DNA of 60,567 nt from Actinomycetota bacterium. GTDB lineage: Bacteria; Actinomycetota; UBA4738; HRBIN12. The stretch spans positions 1-60,567 of the forward strand of contig JBIOTM010000172.1 in NCBI GenBank assembly GCA_044865955.1, written 5' to 3'. Shown piece by piece: positions 1-8,832 of the stretch (its first letter is position 1; the number at the start of each line of letters is the position of its first letter). The position numbers were made by a program, and so were the translations under genes. The notes beneath the pieces were generated by a model that ran no database searches, was not told where the DNA came from, and saw only the letters and a program-made list of their open reading frames with translations.

Positions 1-1410
1 CGCGAACTCGCGGATCGTCTCGTACATCCAGTAGCGGTCGTCGGTGCGGCGGACCAGGCTCTTCTCGACGAGGGATCCCAGCGTGTCGAGGTCGGCGTCG
101 GCGACCCGCTCGGCCGACTCGAGCGTGCAGCCGCCGGCGAAAACCGCCACGCGCGCGAACAGGCGCTGCTCGCGCTCGTCGAGGAGGTCGTGGGACCACT
201 CGATCGTCGAGCGGAGGGTCCGCTGGCGCGGGTCGGCGTCGCGGCCGCCGGTGAACAGGTCGAGGCGCTGGGAGAGGCGCTCGAGGATCTTCGCCGGCGG
301 CAGGACCTTCGCGCGGGCGGCGGCCAGCTCGATCGCGAGGGGCATCTCGTCGAGGGCGCGGCAGAGCTGGTGGACGGCCTCGTCGGGTGCTTGCAGTCCG
401 GCGCGGGCTACGAAGAGCTCGACCGCGTCCGGTTGGGCGAGTGGCTGCACCGGGTACTCGACCTCGCCGCGGACGCGGAGGCGCTCCCGGCTGGTCGCGA
501 GGACCTTCAGGTTCGGGCAGACCTCCACGAGGTCGGCGAGCGCCGGCGCCGCGTCGATCACCTGCTCGAGGTTGTCGAGGACCAGGAGCATCTCCCGCTC
601 GCCGACGTGATCGGCCAGGCCGTCTTGCGCGCCGAGCGTCTTCGCGATCTCGTCGGTGACGAGGGCGGGATCGCGGATCGGCGCCACCTCCACCCAGAAC
701 GTGCCGGCCTTCTGGTCCGGTACCAGCTCGGCGGCGGCCTCGATCGACAGGCGGGTCTTGCCCGAGCCGCCCGGCCCGGTCAGGGTGACGAGGCGGGCGC
801 CGTCGCGGAGGAGAGCGACGACCTCGGTCGTTTCGCGTTCGCGGCCGACGAACGAGCTCGCCGGCCGGGGCAGGTTCGTGTTCGAGATCGTCTTCAGCGG
901 CGGGAAGCGCTCGACGCCGAGCTGGAAGATCTGCACGGGTCGGACGAAGTCCTTCAGGCGGTGCTCGCCCAGGTCTTGGACGGTCGCGTCGTCCTCGAGC
1001 CGCGCGGATCGGCGCGTCTCCTCCGAGAGCAGCACCTGTCCGCCGTGGCCCGACGCTCCTATGCGAGCCCCCTTGTGCACGTCCTCGCCGATGTAGCCCT
1101 CGCGCGTCAGGTGCGGCGCGCCGGTGTGGATCCCCACGCGGACGTGGATGGGGCCTTCCCGCAGCGCCTCGCGTCCTTCGCCGGCCGCGTCGACCGCCCT
1201 GCGCGCGTCCGGGAACGCGTAGAAGAACGCGTCGCCCTGTGTATCGACCTCGACGCCGCCGTGGCGTCCGAAGGCCTCCCGGAGCAGCCGCCGGTGCTCC
1301 GCCAGCGCCTCGGCGTACCTCTCGGCGCCGAGCTCGTGCAGCAGCTTCGTCGACCCCTCGATGTCCGTGAACACGAGGGTGACGGTGCCGGTCGGGAGAT
1401 CCGCCCTCAC
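1..1410 (-). CDS. Class III adenylate/guanylate cyclase domain fused to NB-ARC-like P-loop STAND ATPase. The C-terminal part runs off the left edge. It is absent from the ORF track because no stop lies in the window.
   Basis: Own reverse-strand translation from GTG at 1408-1410: VRADLPTGTVTLVFTDIEGSTKLL..DTQGDAFFYAF..GEDVHKGARIG (cyclase homology domain). This is followed by FVGRERE..LTGPGGSGKTRLS (Walker A) and LLVLDNLEQV (Walker B). The frame stays open exactly to nt 1. The frame is also open upstream of 1410, so the start is uncertain. Confidence 0.8.
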   Translation of the reverse strand, partial: MRADLPTGTVTLVFTDIEGSTKLLHELGAERYAEALAEHRRLLREAFGRHGGVEVDTQGDAFFYAFPDARRAVDAAGEGREALREGPIHVRVGIHTGAPHLTREGYIGEDVHKGARIGASGHGGQVLLSEETRRSARLEDDATVQDLGEHRLKDFVRPVQIFQLGVERFPPLKTISNTNLPRPASSFVGRERETTEVVALLRDGARLVTLTGPGGSGKTRLSIEAAAELVPDQKAGTFWVEVAPIRDPALVTDEIAKTLGAQDGLADHVGEREMLLVLDNLEQVIDAAPALADLVEVCPNLKVLATSRERLRVRGEVEYPVQPLAQPDAVELFVARAGLQAPDEAVHQLCRALDEMPLAIELAAARAKVLPPAKILERLSQRLDLFTGGRDADPRQRTLRSTIEWSHDLLDEREQRLFARVAVFAGGCTLESAERVADADLDTLGSLVEKSLVRRTDDRYWMYETIREFA

Positions 1411-1611
1411 GCCGTCATGATGCGGGACCGTTGCTGGGCGGGCTACCGCACCAACCGCACATCCACGGGCAGCTTCGCGCGGGCAAGAGATCGACGGATG
1501 CCACTCGGTTCGGTTCACGCCCGCCTGGAGCCCGTCCGCCATCAGCGCGATGCCCCCCGCGCCCACCTGATCCGCTCGGGTCGCGCGCCTCGCCTCGGCC
1601 TGAGCCTCCGG

Positions 1612-2742
1612 TCAGCTGGTCGACCAGCGGAGGAGGGCGCCGACGCCCTCGTCTACTGCTTCATCGTCGTCCAGGACGCGGATCCCCGCGCCCGTCCCGA
1701 GCGCCGCTCGGACGAGGATGTCCCGGGCCGGGCCCTGTTCGGGCGAGTCCACCCCGAGCTCCTTCAGCTCCCGGTCGGTGGGCGCGAGCGGCGTGGGCTC
1801 GGCCCCGAACCACAGCGAGCGGTCGTCGTCCGGCTGCTCGCCGATCAGCAGCGCCTCGACCTGTCCCTGGGCGAGCGCTCGCGCCGCCGCCTCCACCCCC
1901 TCGACCGCCCTGTCGCGCTGACCCCGCTCCTCCGCGAACCGGGCGAGCAGCCGCTCGGTCGTCTCGCGCACGTGCTGCTGCATCAGCGCCCAGACGTCCT
2001 CGGGGATCGGCTCGCCCTCGTCCATCTTCCGCGGAGGCTCCTTCGCCACGACGTGCACGAGCTCGTCGACCCGCTTCGGGAGCGACTCCCGCAGCAGCTC
2101 CACCGCCCGGACGTCCCCCGCCACGGCGACGAACACCGGCTCGACCCGGTCCGCGAGGTCGGTCACGGCCCTGGCCGCCTGCTCGGCGTTCTCGTGCCAG
2201 CTGTCCTCCGCGCGCCGCTGGTAGCGCCGCTGCGACCACCCCCCTGCCTGGACCTTCCGGATCACGTCGTGCTCGCCCTCCACCTCGGCGTGGAGCTCGG
2301 GGGAGCCGCGACGGAACGCGGAGAGGTCCGCGCCGGTCCGGTCGATGACCACCACCACGTACGGAGGCTGGGACTGCCGCCACCGCAGGATCGGGAGCAG
2401 GCGAGCGACCGGACCCCACGACGCCCGGTCGCTCGGGTCCACCGCGGGGCCGTGCTCGACGTGGAGGATCCGCTCGGCGTCGGCGATCACGGCGAGGCAG
2501 TCGCCGTGCAGGTGCGCGTCGGGGACCATCGTCTCGATCTGCTCCAGGATCGTTCCCGGGACGTCGTGGCGCTCCAGGTCGCGGCGCGCGGTCTTCCACC
2601 GCTGCTGCGACAGCGGCGCCGCGTTCACCACCTCGCGCTCGGTGTTCAGGTACAGCGAGAGGAACGGGCCGGGTCGGCGGATCAGCTCCGCCAGGTCGGG
2701 GGCGTCGATCGCGCCGTGCGTTGGCTGCTCGGAGGTCTCCAT
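1612..2742 (-). CDS. Bacterial eRF1/Vms1-like release-factor-family protein (baeRF, Rv2629-type)
   Basis: 376-aa track ORF with balanced composition. The loop KVQAGGWSQRRYQRRAED resembles the eRF1 GGQ loop (GGQSxxRFxR). Family recalled from memory, not searched. Confidence 0.65.
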   Translation of the reverse strand: METSEQPTHGAIDAPDLAELIRRPGPFLSLYLNTEREVVNAAPLSQQRWKTARRDLERHDVPGTILEQIETMVPDAHLHGDCLAVIADAERILHVEHGPAVDPSDRASWGPVARLLPILRWRQSQPPYVVVVIDRTGADLSAFRRGSPELHAEVEGEHDVIRKVQAGGWSQRRYQRRAEDSWHENAEQAARAVTDLADRVEPVFVAVAGDVRAVELLRESLPKRVDELVHVVAKEPPRKMDEGEPIPEDVWALMQQHVRETTERLLARFAEERGQRDRAVEGVEAAARALAQGQVEALLIGEQPDDDRSLWFGAEPTPLAPTDRELKELGVDSPEQGPARDILVRAALGTGAGIRVLDDDEAVDEGVGALLRWSTS

Positions 2743-2786
2743 ACCGGACGTTGTTCCCGCTCGGGCCCGCCGCTAACCAGCCCGTC

Positions 2787-3224
2787 CTACCGGCGGTCTG
2801 ACATGTTCGAACGGCCGGCGAAGAAGGCGCCTTCCTCCACCACGAGGGTTCGGCAGGTCACGTCTCCCTCGACGCGCGCCTCCTTGCCGAGGGTCACGCC
2901 CTGCTCCGCGACGAGATCGCCGTGGAGCGCGCCGTGCACGGTCACGCTCTGGGCACGGACGTCTCCTTCGACCCGGCTCTGCGAGGGCAGCACGACCGCG
3001 CCGGGCGCCGTCAGGTTCCCCTCGATCCGTCCCGCCAGGCTGATGCTGCGGGCGCTGATGTTCGCCCGCACGTCGCTGCCCGCGGCGACCGAGACCTCGC
3101 CGTCGACCACGATCCCACCGGTGAGGTGGCCGTAGATGTGGAGCGAACCGGCGGACGTGAACGTGCCGTCGATCCGAGCGCCCCGCCCCACCACGGATAC
3201 GTCGTCGCCCCGGTGATCGTCCAC
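2787..3224 (-). CDS. Bactofilin-like polymer-forming protein (DUF583-type beta-helix)
   Basis: 145-aa ORF with repetitive short beta-strand pattern (IDGTFTSAGSLHIYGHLTGGIVVDGEVSVAAGSDVRANISARSISLAGRIEGNLTA..VEGDVRAQSVTVHGALHGDLVAE..VEGDVTC). Confidence 0.75.
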   Translation of the reverse strand: MDDHRGDDVSVVGRGARIDGTFTSAGSLHIYGHLTGGIVVDGEVSVAAGSDVRANISARSISLAGRIEGNLTAPGAVVLPSQSRVEGDVRAQSVTVHGALHGDLVAEQGVTLGKEARVEGDVTCRTLVVEEGAFFAGRSNMSDRR

Positions 3225-3433
3225 GCGCTTCGCTCCTGACGGCTCGTCCGAGGGGCAAGCCTACGGTCGAAGGGCCGTCTCCGCATCCCGCAGACGGCGG
3301 AGCCGTGCCTTCCGGAAGTACCCAGGCCGAGATGAGCCATGCCACCCGGAAGTTGGGCGGTTCCTCGTCTACCCCTCCCCGTGCACCGCGGCCGAGGATG
3401 CGGGAAGAGCTCCGAGAGACAAGGAGGGATCCG

Positions 3434-4396
3434 ATGGACACCCAGATCGCAGGCACCGGCGTCGGCGGCCGGCCGTCCGATGCGGGGCGGGAGCAGCGTC
3501 CCCGCCGCCTCATGCGCACCCTGCTCACCGCCGCCCTGGCGTGCTTCGCGCTGCCGTTCCTCACGGTGACGTGCTACGGGGACGACGTGACCGTGAGCGG
3601 CGTCCAGGCGGCGACGAAGATCGACATCAGCCCCCAGGCGGACACGGACCCGGGAGACGAGATGACGGGAGACGAGCAGATGGCCCGGGAGGAGCCGGTG
3701 AACGGGTTCGCCCTCGCCGCACTGATCGCCGCGGCGACGGGCCTCGCCCTGTCGTTCGGCTCGGGGCGCCGCTCGCGCCGGGCGGCCGTGTGGGCCGCGG
3801 CCGTCGCCGTCATCGCGCTCGTGGGGCTGCTGCTGTACGCGTTCTATCGCACCTGGGGAGAGGCGCTGCCCGAGATCGGGCTCGTCGGCGCCATCGTGCT
3901 CCTCGTCGCCGCCGGCTGGGCCGGGGTCGACGTCGTCCCACGCTGGATCGTGCGGACCGTGGGACTCCTCATCGTCATGACGATCCCGGCCACGCTGGTC
4001 CACGAGGAGACCATCGACTTCGGTCCGTGGATCTTCCTGCTCTTCTACGCGGGATCGATCGTGGCGGTGGCCCTGGCCGTCTGGGCGATCCGAGCCTCGG
4101 TGCGTCCTCCATCCGTATCGACGGAACGGCCGAGCACCCTGCGGATGGCGGCGGCGGGGGCCGCCGGGCTCGCCTGCCTGGCTGCCGCCGGCGTGGGCGC
4201 GCCCCTCCTGATGGGAAGCATGCTGTCCGGCGAGTACGGGCCGGCCGGCATCGGCTCGGGCTACGTCTTCACGACCGCCGTGCTGGCGATGTACGTGGTG
4301 GCCGGGATCGCCGGGTGGGTCGCCGGCCGGGCGATCGCCCACGGGCGGCGGCGGCAGTCGTTCGCGCCCGCGCCGACCACGATCGGAACCTCCTAG
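3434..4396 (+). CDS. Hypothetical polytopic membrane protein
   Basis: ATG at 3434 is preceded by AAGGAGG (the track ORF begins at 3305). Several hydrophobic helices are present (LLTAALACFALPFL, FALAALIAAATGLAL, AAAVAVIALVGLLLYAF, LVGAIVLLVAAGWAG, VGLLIVMTIPA). No family recognised. Confidence 0.6.
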   Translation: MDTQIAGTGVGGRPSDAGREQRPRRLMRTLLTAALACFALPFLTVTCYGDDVTVSGVQAATKIDISPQADTDPGDEMTGDEQMAREEPVNGFALAALIAAATGLALSFGSGRRSRRAAVWAAAVAVIALVGLLLYAFYRTWGEALPEIGLVGAIVLLVAAGWAGVDVVPRWIVRTVGLLIVMTIPATLVHEETIDFGPWIFLLFYAGSIVAVALAVWAIRASVRPPSVSTERPSTLRMAAAGAAGLACLAAAGVGAPLLMGSMLSGEYGPAGIGSGYVFTTAVLAMYVVAGIAGWVAGRAIAHGRRRQSFAPAPTTIGTS

Positions 4397-4493
4397 ACGT
4401 CGAGCCGAGCGATCCTCGGTTCCTGAAACACGTAGCGGGCGCGGCCCTGGGGAGGCGGCGTAGACTCGGCGCGAGATCGCCGAAGGAGCCGGT

Positions 4494-5717
4494 GTGGAGC
4501 GTGACCCCCTCCCCGAGGCCGAGCCCGGGAGGCGAGGGCTCTGGCTCGGGATCCTCGTCTACCGATGGGCGTCGTTCCTCCTCACGGTCGTGCTCGCGGC
4601 GATCGTCGACCTCGCCCGGCCCGGGCTGACCTGGCTGACCTTGGGTCTCCTGGCCGCGTGGATCGCCTTCTTCACGTGGGTCCGCGGGTGGGACCGTCGG
4701 GAGGTCCGGTGGGTCGACCTGATCCTGTCGGCGGCGCTCCTGCTGATCGCGCCGATCCTCGCCGAGCCGCGGACCCTCGCCGAGCAGCCGTTCCTGGCCG
4801 CCGCCTACCCGCTCTCCACGGTCCTCACCTGGGCCGCCGCCGCAGGCCTCGGGCCCGGGCTCGCCGTCGCCGGCGTGCTCTTCGTCCCGCTCGCGTTGTC
4901 GAGGCCGCTCAACGACATCCCCTACTCGGAGCTCTCGGCCGGCGAGATCGCCGGCGTGATCACTGGGGGCGTCTACTACGCCTTCGGGGCGATCACGATC
5001 GGCCTCTTCGCCCGGACGCTGGACCGGGCGGCGGCCGATCTCGGCCGCGCCAACGAGGCGGCGCTCCGCGAGCGGGAGCGCGCCGCCCGCTCGCGGGAGC
5101 GCGAGGCGATGGCCCGGACCCTCCACGATTCCGTCCTCCAGTCGCTCGCGCTCGTGCACCGGCGAGGGCAAGAGCTCGCGGCGCGGCCCCAGGTCGCCGG
5201 GACCGAGGTCGCGGAGCTCGTCCGGGTGGCCGAGGAGGAGGAGCGCGCCCTCCGTGCGCTGTTGCAGCGGGAGCCGGAGGACGCCCCCGACGGTGCGCTC
5301 CCCCTGCGCACCGTGCTGCAGGCGGCCGCGTTCGGCGTCTCGGGCATCCCCGTCACCGTGTCGACGGTCGATCCGGTCTGGGTCCGGGCGAGCGGGGCGG
5401 AGGAGATATCGGCGGCGGTCCGGCAGGCCCTCGACAACGTCGTGCGGCACGCGCGGGCGACGTCGGCCACGGTCTTCGGCGAACGCGACGGCGCCGAGCT
5501 CTCGATCTCCGTGCGCGACGACGGTGTCGGCTTCGAGTTCGACGAGGAGGAGCTCACGAGCCGGGGGAAGCTGGGCATCACACGGAGCATGCGCGGGCGG
5601 ATCGAACAGGTCGGTGGCACGATGCGGGTCACGAGCGCGCCCGGGCGGGGGACCGAGATCGAGTTCCGCATACCGGCGGCTTCGAGACGGACGGGTGACG
5701 AGACGGGGCCGCCATGA
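4494..5717 (+). CDS. Membrane sensor histidine kinase, HisKA_3 (NarL-partner) type
   Basis: Multi-TM N-terminus, H-box TLHDSVLQSLALV, and HATPase region (LDNVVRHA..DDGVGF..GKLGITRSMRGR). GAAGGAG lies 7 nt upstream of the GTG. ATGA overlap with the downstream regulator. Confidence 0.85.
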   Translation: MERDPLPEAEPGRRGLWLGILVYRWASFLLTVVLAAIVDLARPGLTWLTLGLLAAWIAFFTWVRGWDRREVRWVDLILSAALLLIAPILAEPRTLAEQPFLAAAYPLSTVLTWAAAAGLGPGLAVAGVLFVPLALSRPLNDIPYSELSAGEIAGVITGGVYYAFGAITIGLFARTLDRAAADLGRANEAALRERERAARSREREAMARTLHDSVLQSLALVHRRGQELAARPQVAGTEVAELVRVAEEEERALRALLQREPEDAPDGALPLRTVLQAAAFGVSGIPVTVSTVDPVWVRASGAEEISAAVRQALDNVVRHARATSATVFGERDGAELSISVRDDGVGFEFDEEELTSRGKLGITRSMRGRIEQVGGTMRVTSAPGRGTEIEFRIPAASRRTGDETGPP

Positions 5718-6370
5718 ACGAGCGCGAGCCGATCCGGGTCGTGATCGTCGACGACCACCCGTCGCTCCGCGACGGCGTCCGGACCGACCTGGAGCGGTCC
5801 GGGGTGGCGACCGTGGTCGGCGAGGCGTCGGACGGCGGAGAGGCGATCGAGCTGGTCCGGCAGGCGATGCCCGACGTGGTGCTGATGGATCTCAGCCTAC
5901 CGACGGTCCAGGGCGTTGACGCGATCAAGGCGATCGTCGAGGAGTCTCCTCACGTGAAGATCCTCGTGCTCTCCGCGTCCGAGGCGGAGGCCAACGTGTT
6001 GGAGGCGATCAAGCTCGGCGCGGCCGGCTACCTGCTGAAGACATCGACCGCGTCCGAGCTCGCGGACGGGGTCACCCGCGTGTACGCGGGCGACGCCGTA
6101 TTCACGCCGTCGCTCGCGGGGCTGCTCCTCTCGGAGTTCCGCAAGACGGTCGAGGTCGAGCCCGGCGAGCCGGGGCTCACGCAGCGAGAGAACGAGATCC
6201 TGCGGCTCGTGGCGAAGGGGTACGCCTACGCGGACATCGCCCAGGAGCTCTTCATCAGCACGAAGACCGTCCAGAACCACGTCCGGAACATCGTGACGAA
6301 GCTCCACCTGCGCGGCCGCTACGAGCTGATGCGCTACGCGATCAAGCGAGGCCTGGACCAGAAGGGGTAG
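5714..6370 (+). CDS. NarL/LuxR-family response regulator
   Basis: REC domain (VVIVDDHPSLRDG..DVVLMDLSLP) plus LuxR HTH (LTQRENEILRLVAKGYAYADIAQELFISTKTVQNHVRNI). Confidence 0.9.
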   Translation: MNEREPIRVVIVDDHPSLRDGVRTDLERSGVATVVGEASDGGEAIELVRQAMPDVVLMDLSLPTVQGVDAIKAIVEESPHVKILVLSASEAEANVLEAIKLGAAGYLLKTSTASELADGVTRVYAGDAVFTPSLAGLLLSEFRKTVEVEPGEPGLTQRENEILRLVAKGYAYADIAQELFISTKTVQNHVRNIVTKLHLRGRYELMRYAIKRGLDQKG

Positions 6371-6382
6371 CGCTCGACCGTC

Positions 6383-6979
6383 CTACGCCGTGGCGGAGCG
6401 CCGGTTCATCCGGGTGGCGAGGAAGTAGGTCGTCCACAGCGGCGCGAGGATCAGCGCCGCGACGAGCACGTACGCGAGCCAGACCGGCATCCCCCCGCTG
6501 CACGTCCCGGACACCTCCCGGCCCTGGACGACGATGGAGGAGCACACCGGGCCGCTGGCGAACGCCAGGAACGTTGCGGCGGGCAGCAGGCCTCCGGGGA
6601 CGAGCAGGAGACCGATCACCTTCTCGCGGCTCGTCCACACGTTCGAACCCGCGAGGAGGATCGCCCCGACCACCCAGCCGATCACCGGGACGATCACGCC
6701 GCCGATCGGCAGCAGCACGAGCGCCAGCGTTTCGCGGAACCCGGGCTTCGCCCGGGGGACGCCGAAACGCTGGCGCGCCTCTTCCGCGATCTCGGCCGGC
6801 TCGCCGAGCCGTTCGAGGACGTTCCGGACCGCGGCCTCTTCGCCCTCCGGCACCTCGGCGAGCGCGCTGCCGATGTGCTCGCGGATCTCCTCGAGCAGCT
6901 CGCGTCGGCGGCTCGGCGGGAGGTCGCGGAGCTCCTCGTCCAGCTCGTGCAGGTAGTGCTCCACCGTTCCGCTAGCCAT
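6383..6979 (-). CDS. PadR-associated membrane protein (DUF1700/HAAS-like)
   Basis: N-terminal helical segment (VEHYLHELDEELRDLPPSRRRELLEEIREHI) followed by TM helices. 8-nt overlap with the upstream PadR gene. Confidence 0.6.
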   Translation of the reverse strand: MASGTVEHYLHELDEELRDLPPSRRRELLEEIREHIGSALAEVPEGEEAAVRNVLERLGEPAEIAEEARQRFGVPRAKPGFRETLALVLLPIGGVIVPVIGWVVGAILLAGSNVWTSREKVIGLLLVPGGLLPAATFLAFASGPVCSSIVVQGREVSGTCSGGMPVWLAYVLVAALILAPLWTTYFLATRMNRRSATA

Positions 6980-7340
6980 CCTGGGCCTCCTCGCCGATCA
7001 CCTGGTCGACCGCTTCGCGGAAGGTCGACCATTCCCTCCTGAACTCGAGCAGCGCCTTTCGTCCCGCCGGGCTCAGGCGGTAGTAGCGGCGAGGCGGGCC
7101 GGACGGGGACTCGCGCCAGGTCGTCTCAACGGACCCGTCCCGGCGCATCCGGGCGAGCATCGGGTAGATCGTCCCCTCGCTGATCACCATCCCGTCCATC
7201 CCCGCCAACTCCCGCACGAGATCGAAGGCGTATCGCTCCTCCTCCCGTAGGAGCGCCATCACGCAGTACTCGAGGACCCCTCGCCGAAGCTGGGCGATCA
7301 GCGCGGGGCTCTGAGGAGCAGGAGGTACCATGCGATGCAT
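6972..7340 (-). CDS. PadR-family transcriptional regulator
   Basis: Winged-helix core YAFDLVRELAGMDGMVISEGTIYPMLARMRRDGSVETTWRESPSGPPRRYYRLSPAGR. An alternative ATG lies at 7331. Confidence 0.85.
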   Translation of the reverse strand: MHRMVPPAPQSPALIAQLRRGVLEYCVMALLREEERYAFDLVRELAGMDGMVISEGTIYPMLARMRRDGSVETTWRESPSGPPRRYYRLSPAGRKALLEFRREWSTFREAVDQVIGEEAQDG

Positions 7341-7416
7341 GGTACCCGTTCGCGCCTAGAAGGTCAATCGGCCATGAGGTGCGCTCGATACTCTCTGCGG
7401 GCACTGGAGGTGTCGC

Positions 7417-8796
7417 GTGTACGAGCCGGCTTCGGAAGGGACGGTCGAGGTCCCCCGGCCGGTCGGCCTGCCCGCCGTGGCGCCTCGGCTCGGCGTGGTG
7501 CTGGCGGCCGGCCGATCGGAGCGGCTCACCCGGATCACGAAGGGCGGCTCCAAGGCGCTCATCCGAGTGGGCGGGGTGACCCTCGTGGAGCGCGCCGTCC
7601 GCGGACTCCTGGCCTGTGGTCTCGAGGAGGTTCTGGTGGTCGTGGGCTACCGGGGGGAGCCGGTCGCGGCCATCGTTGACGGGCTGGGATCGGGTCGGGC
7701 TCGAGCGGTGTTCGGCGAGGGGTGGGAGGCGGGAAACGGCGCCACGCTCGCCGCCGTCGAGCCGTTCGTCGTGAACGAGGATCGCTTCGTCCTGGTGACC
7801 GTGGACCACGTCTTCGGAGACGGCGCGCTGGAGGCGTTGATCGCGGCCGGCGGTCCGGCCGTCCTCGTGGACGATGCGCCGGGGTCCTATGCGTGGGGAG
7901 GAGGGACCCGCGTACGGATCGTCGACGGGAGAGCCGTCGCGTTCGGAAAGGAGCTGCCGGACCCCTCGATCGACTGCGGCGCCTTCGTCCTGCCGCGTCG
8001 GATCTTCCAGTATCAGCGGGTCGCGGCCGGCGCCGGCGACGCCTCCCTGGCCGGAGCCGTGACGGCCCTGGCCGCGGCCGAGCCCCTGTTGGCGACGCCC
8101 CTGTCCCCGGGAACGTGGTGGCACGACGTCGACACGGCGGAAGACCTGCCGGTGGTGCGTGACCGGCTCCGGCGATCGTTGATCAAGCCGAGCGACGGCC
8201 CGGTATCCAGGTACCTCAACCGCCCCATCTCGACCAGGCTCTCCATGGCCATCGCACCGCTCCGGCCCTCGCCCGACGTGCTCTCGTTCGCCGCGCTTCT
8301 GATCGGCGTGGCGGCAGCGGCGTTGCTCGGGCTAGGACGGGGGGTCGCCGGCGGGATCCTCGTGCACCTCGCGTCGGTGACGGACGGGATCGACGGCGAG
8401 ATCGCCCGGCTCCAGCTGCGGACACGCCCGTCCGGGGCGTTCCTCGACGGCGTGCTCGATCGCTTGGCCGACGCCGTGATCCTCGCCGGGCTCGGGGTGT
8501 GGGCGCTGGCGGCCGGTTCGGATCCGGTGGCGCTCGGCCTGACCGTCGCGGCGACGACGGGCTCTCTGCTGTCGATGGCGTCGAAGGACCGGATCGCGGC
8601 ACTCGGCCTGCCCCCCGCACCCGAGCGGGCATTGTCGTTCCTCCTCGGCGGCCGGGACGGGCGCCTGCTGATCGTCGCCGTGTGCGCGGTGCTGATGCAG
8701 CCGGTGCTCGCGCTGACCGCGGTCGTGGTGACGTCGTTCGCCAGTCTGGGACTCCGGGCCTACTTCGTCTGGTCCGGGTCCCGCCGTCAGCGCTGA
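7417..8796 (+). CDS. Bifunctional nucleotidyltransferase / CDP-alcohol phosphatidyltransferase, IPCT/DIPPS-like (di-myo-inositol-phosphate-phosphate synthase-like)
   Basis: N-terminal NTP-transferase motif (GVVLAAGRSERL..ALIRVGG). The C-terminal membrane domain carries DGIDGEIARLQLRTRPSGAFLDGVLDRLAD, which matches DGx2ARx8Gx3Dx3D. Confidence 0.65.
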   Translation: MYEPASEGTVEVPRPVGLPAVAPRLGVVLAAGRSERLTRITKGGSKALIRVGGVTLVERAVRGLLACGLEEVLVVVGYRGEPVAAIVDGLGSGRARAVFGEGWEAGNGATLAAVEPFVVNEDRFVLVTVDHVFGDGALEALIAAGGPAVLVDDAPGSYAWGGGTRVRIVDGRAVAFGKELPDPSIDCGAFVLPRRIFQYQRVAAGAGDASLAGAVTALAAAEPLLATPLSPGTWWHDVDTAEDLPVVRDRLRRSLIKPSDGPVSRYLNRPISTRLSMAIAPLRPSPDVLSFAALLIGVAAAALLGLGRGVAGGILVHLASVTDGIDGEIARLQLRTRPSGAFLDGVLDRLADAVILAGLGVWALAAGSDPVALGLTVAATTGSLLSMASKDRIAALGLPPAPERALSFLLGGRDGRLLIVAVCAVLMQPVLALTAVVVTSFASLGLRAYFVWSGSRRQR

Positions 8797-8832
8797 GTCA
8801 AGGTCTGGGCCCGTGGCCCGGCACGATCGCGT

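Noticed and set aside
190-3135. 981-aa plus-strand ORF spanning the first 3 kb
   Set aside because: Its composition is R/G/P/A/L-rich with almost no K, N, I, F or Y. It lies antisense to three minus-strand genes that have clear family motifs (cyclase-NB-ARC, eRF1-like, bactofilin). This is a typical shadow ORF in high-GC DNA.
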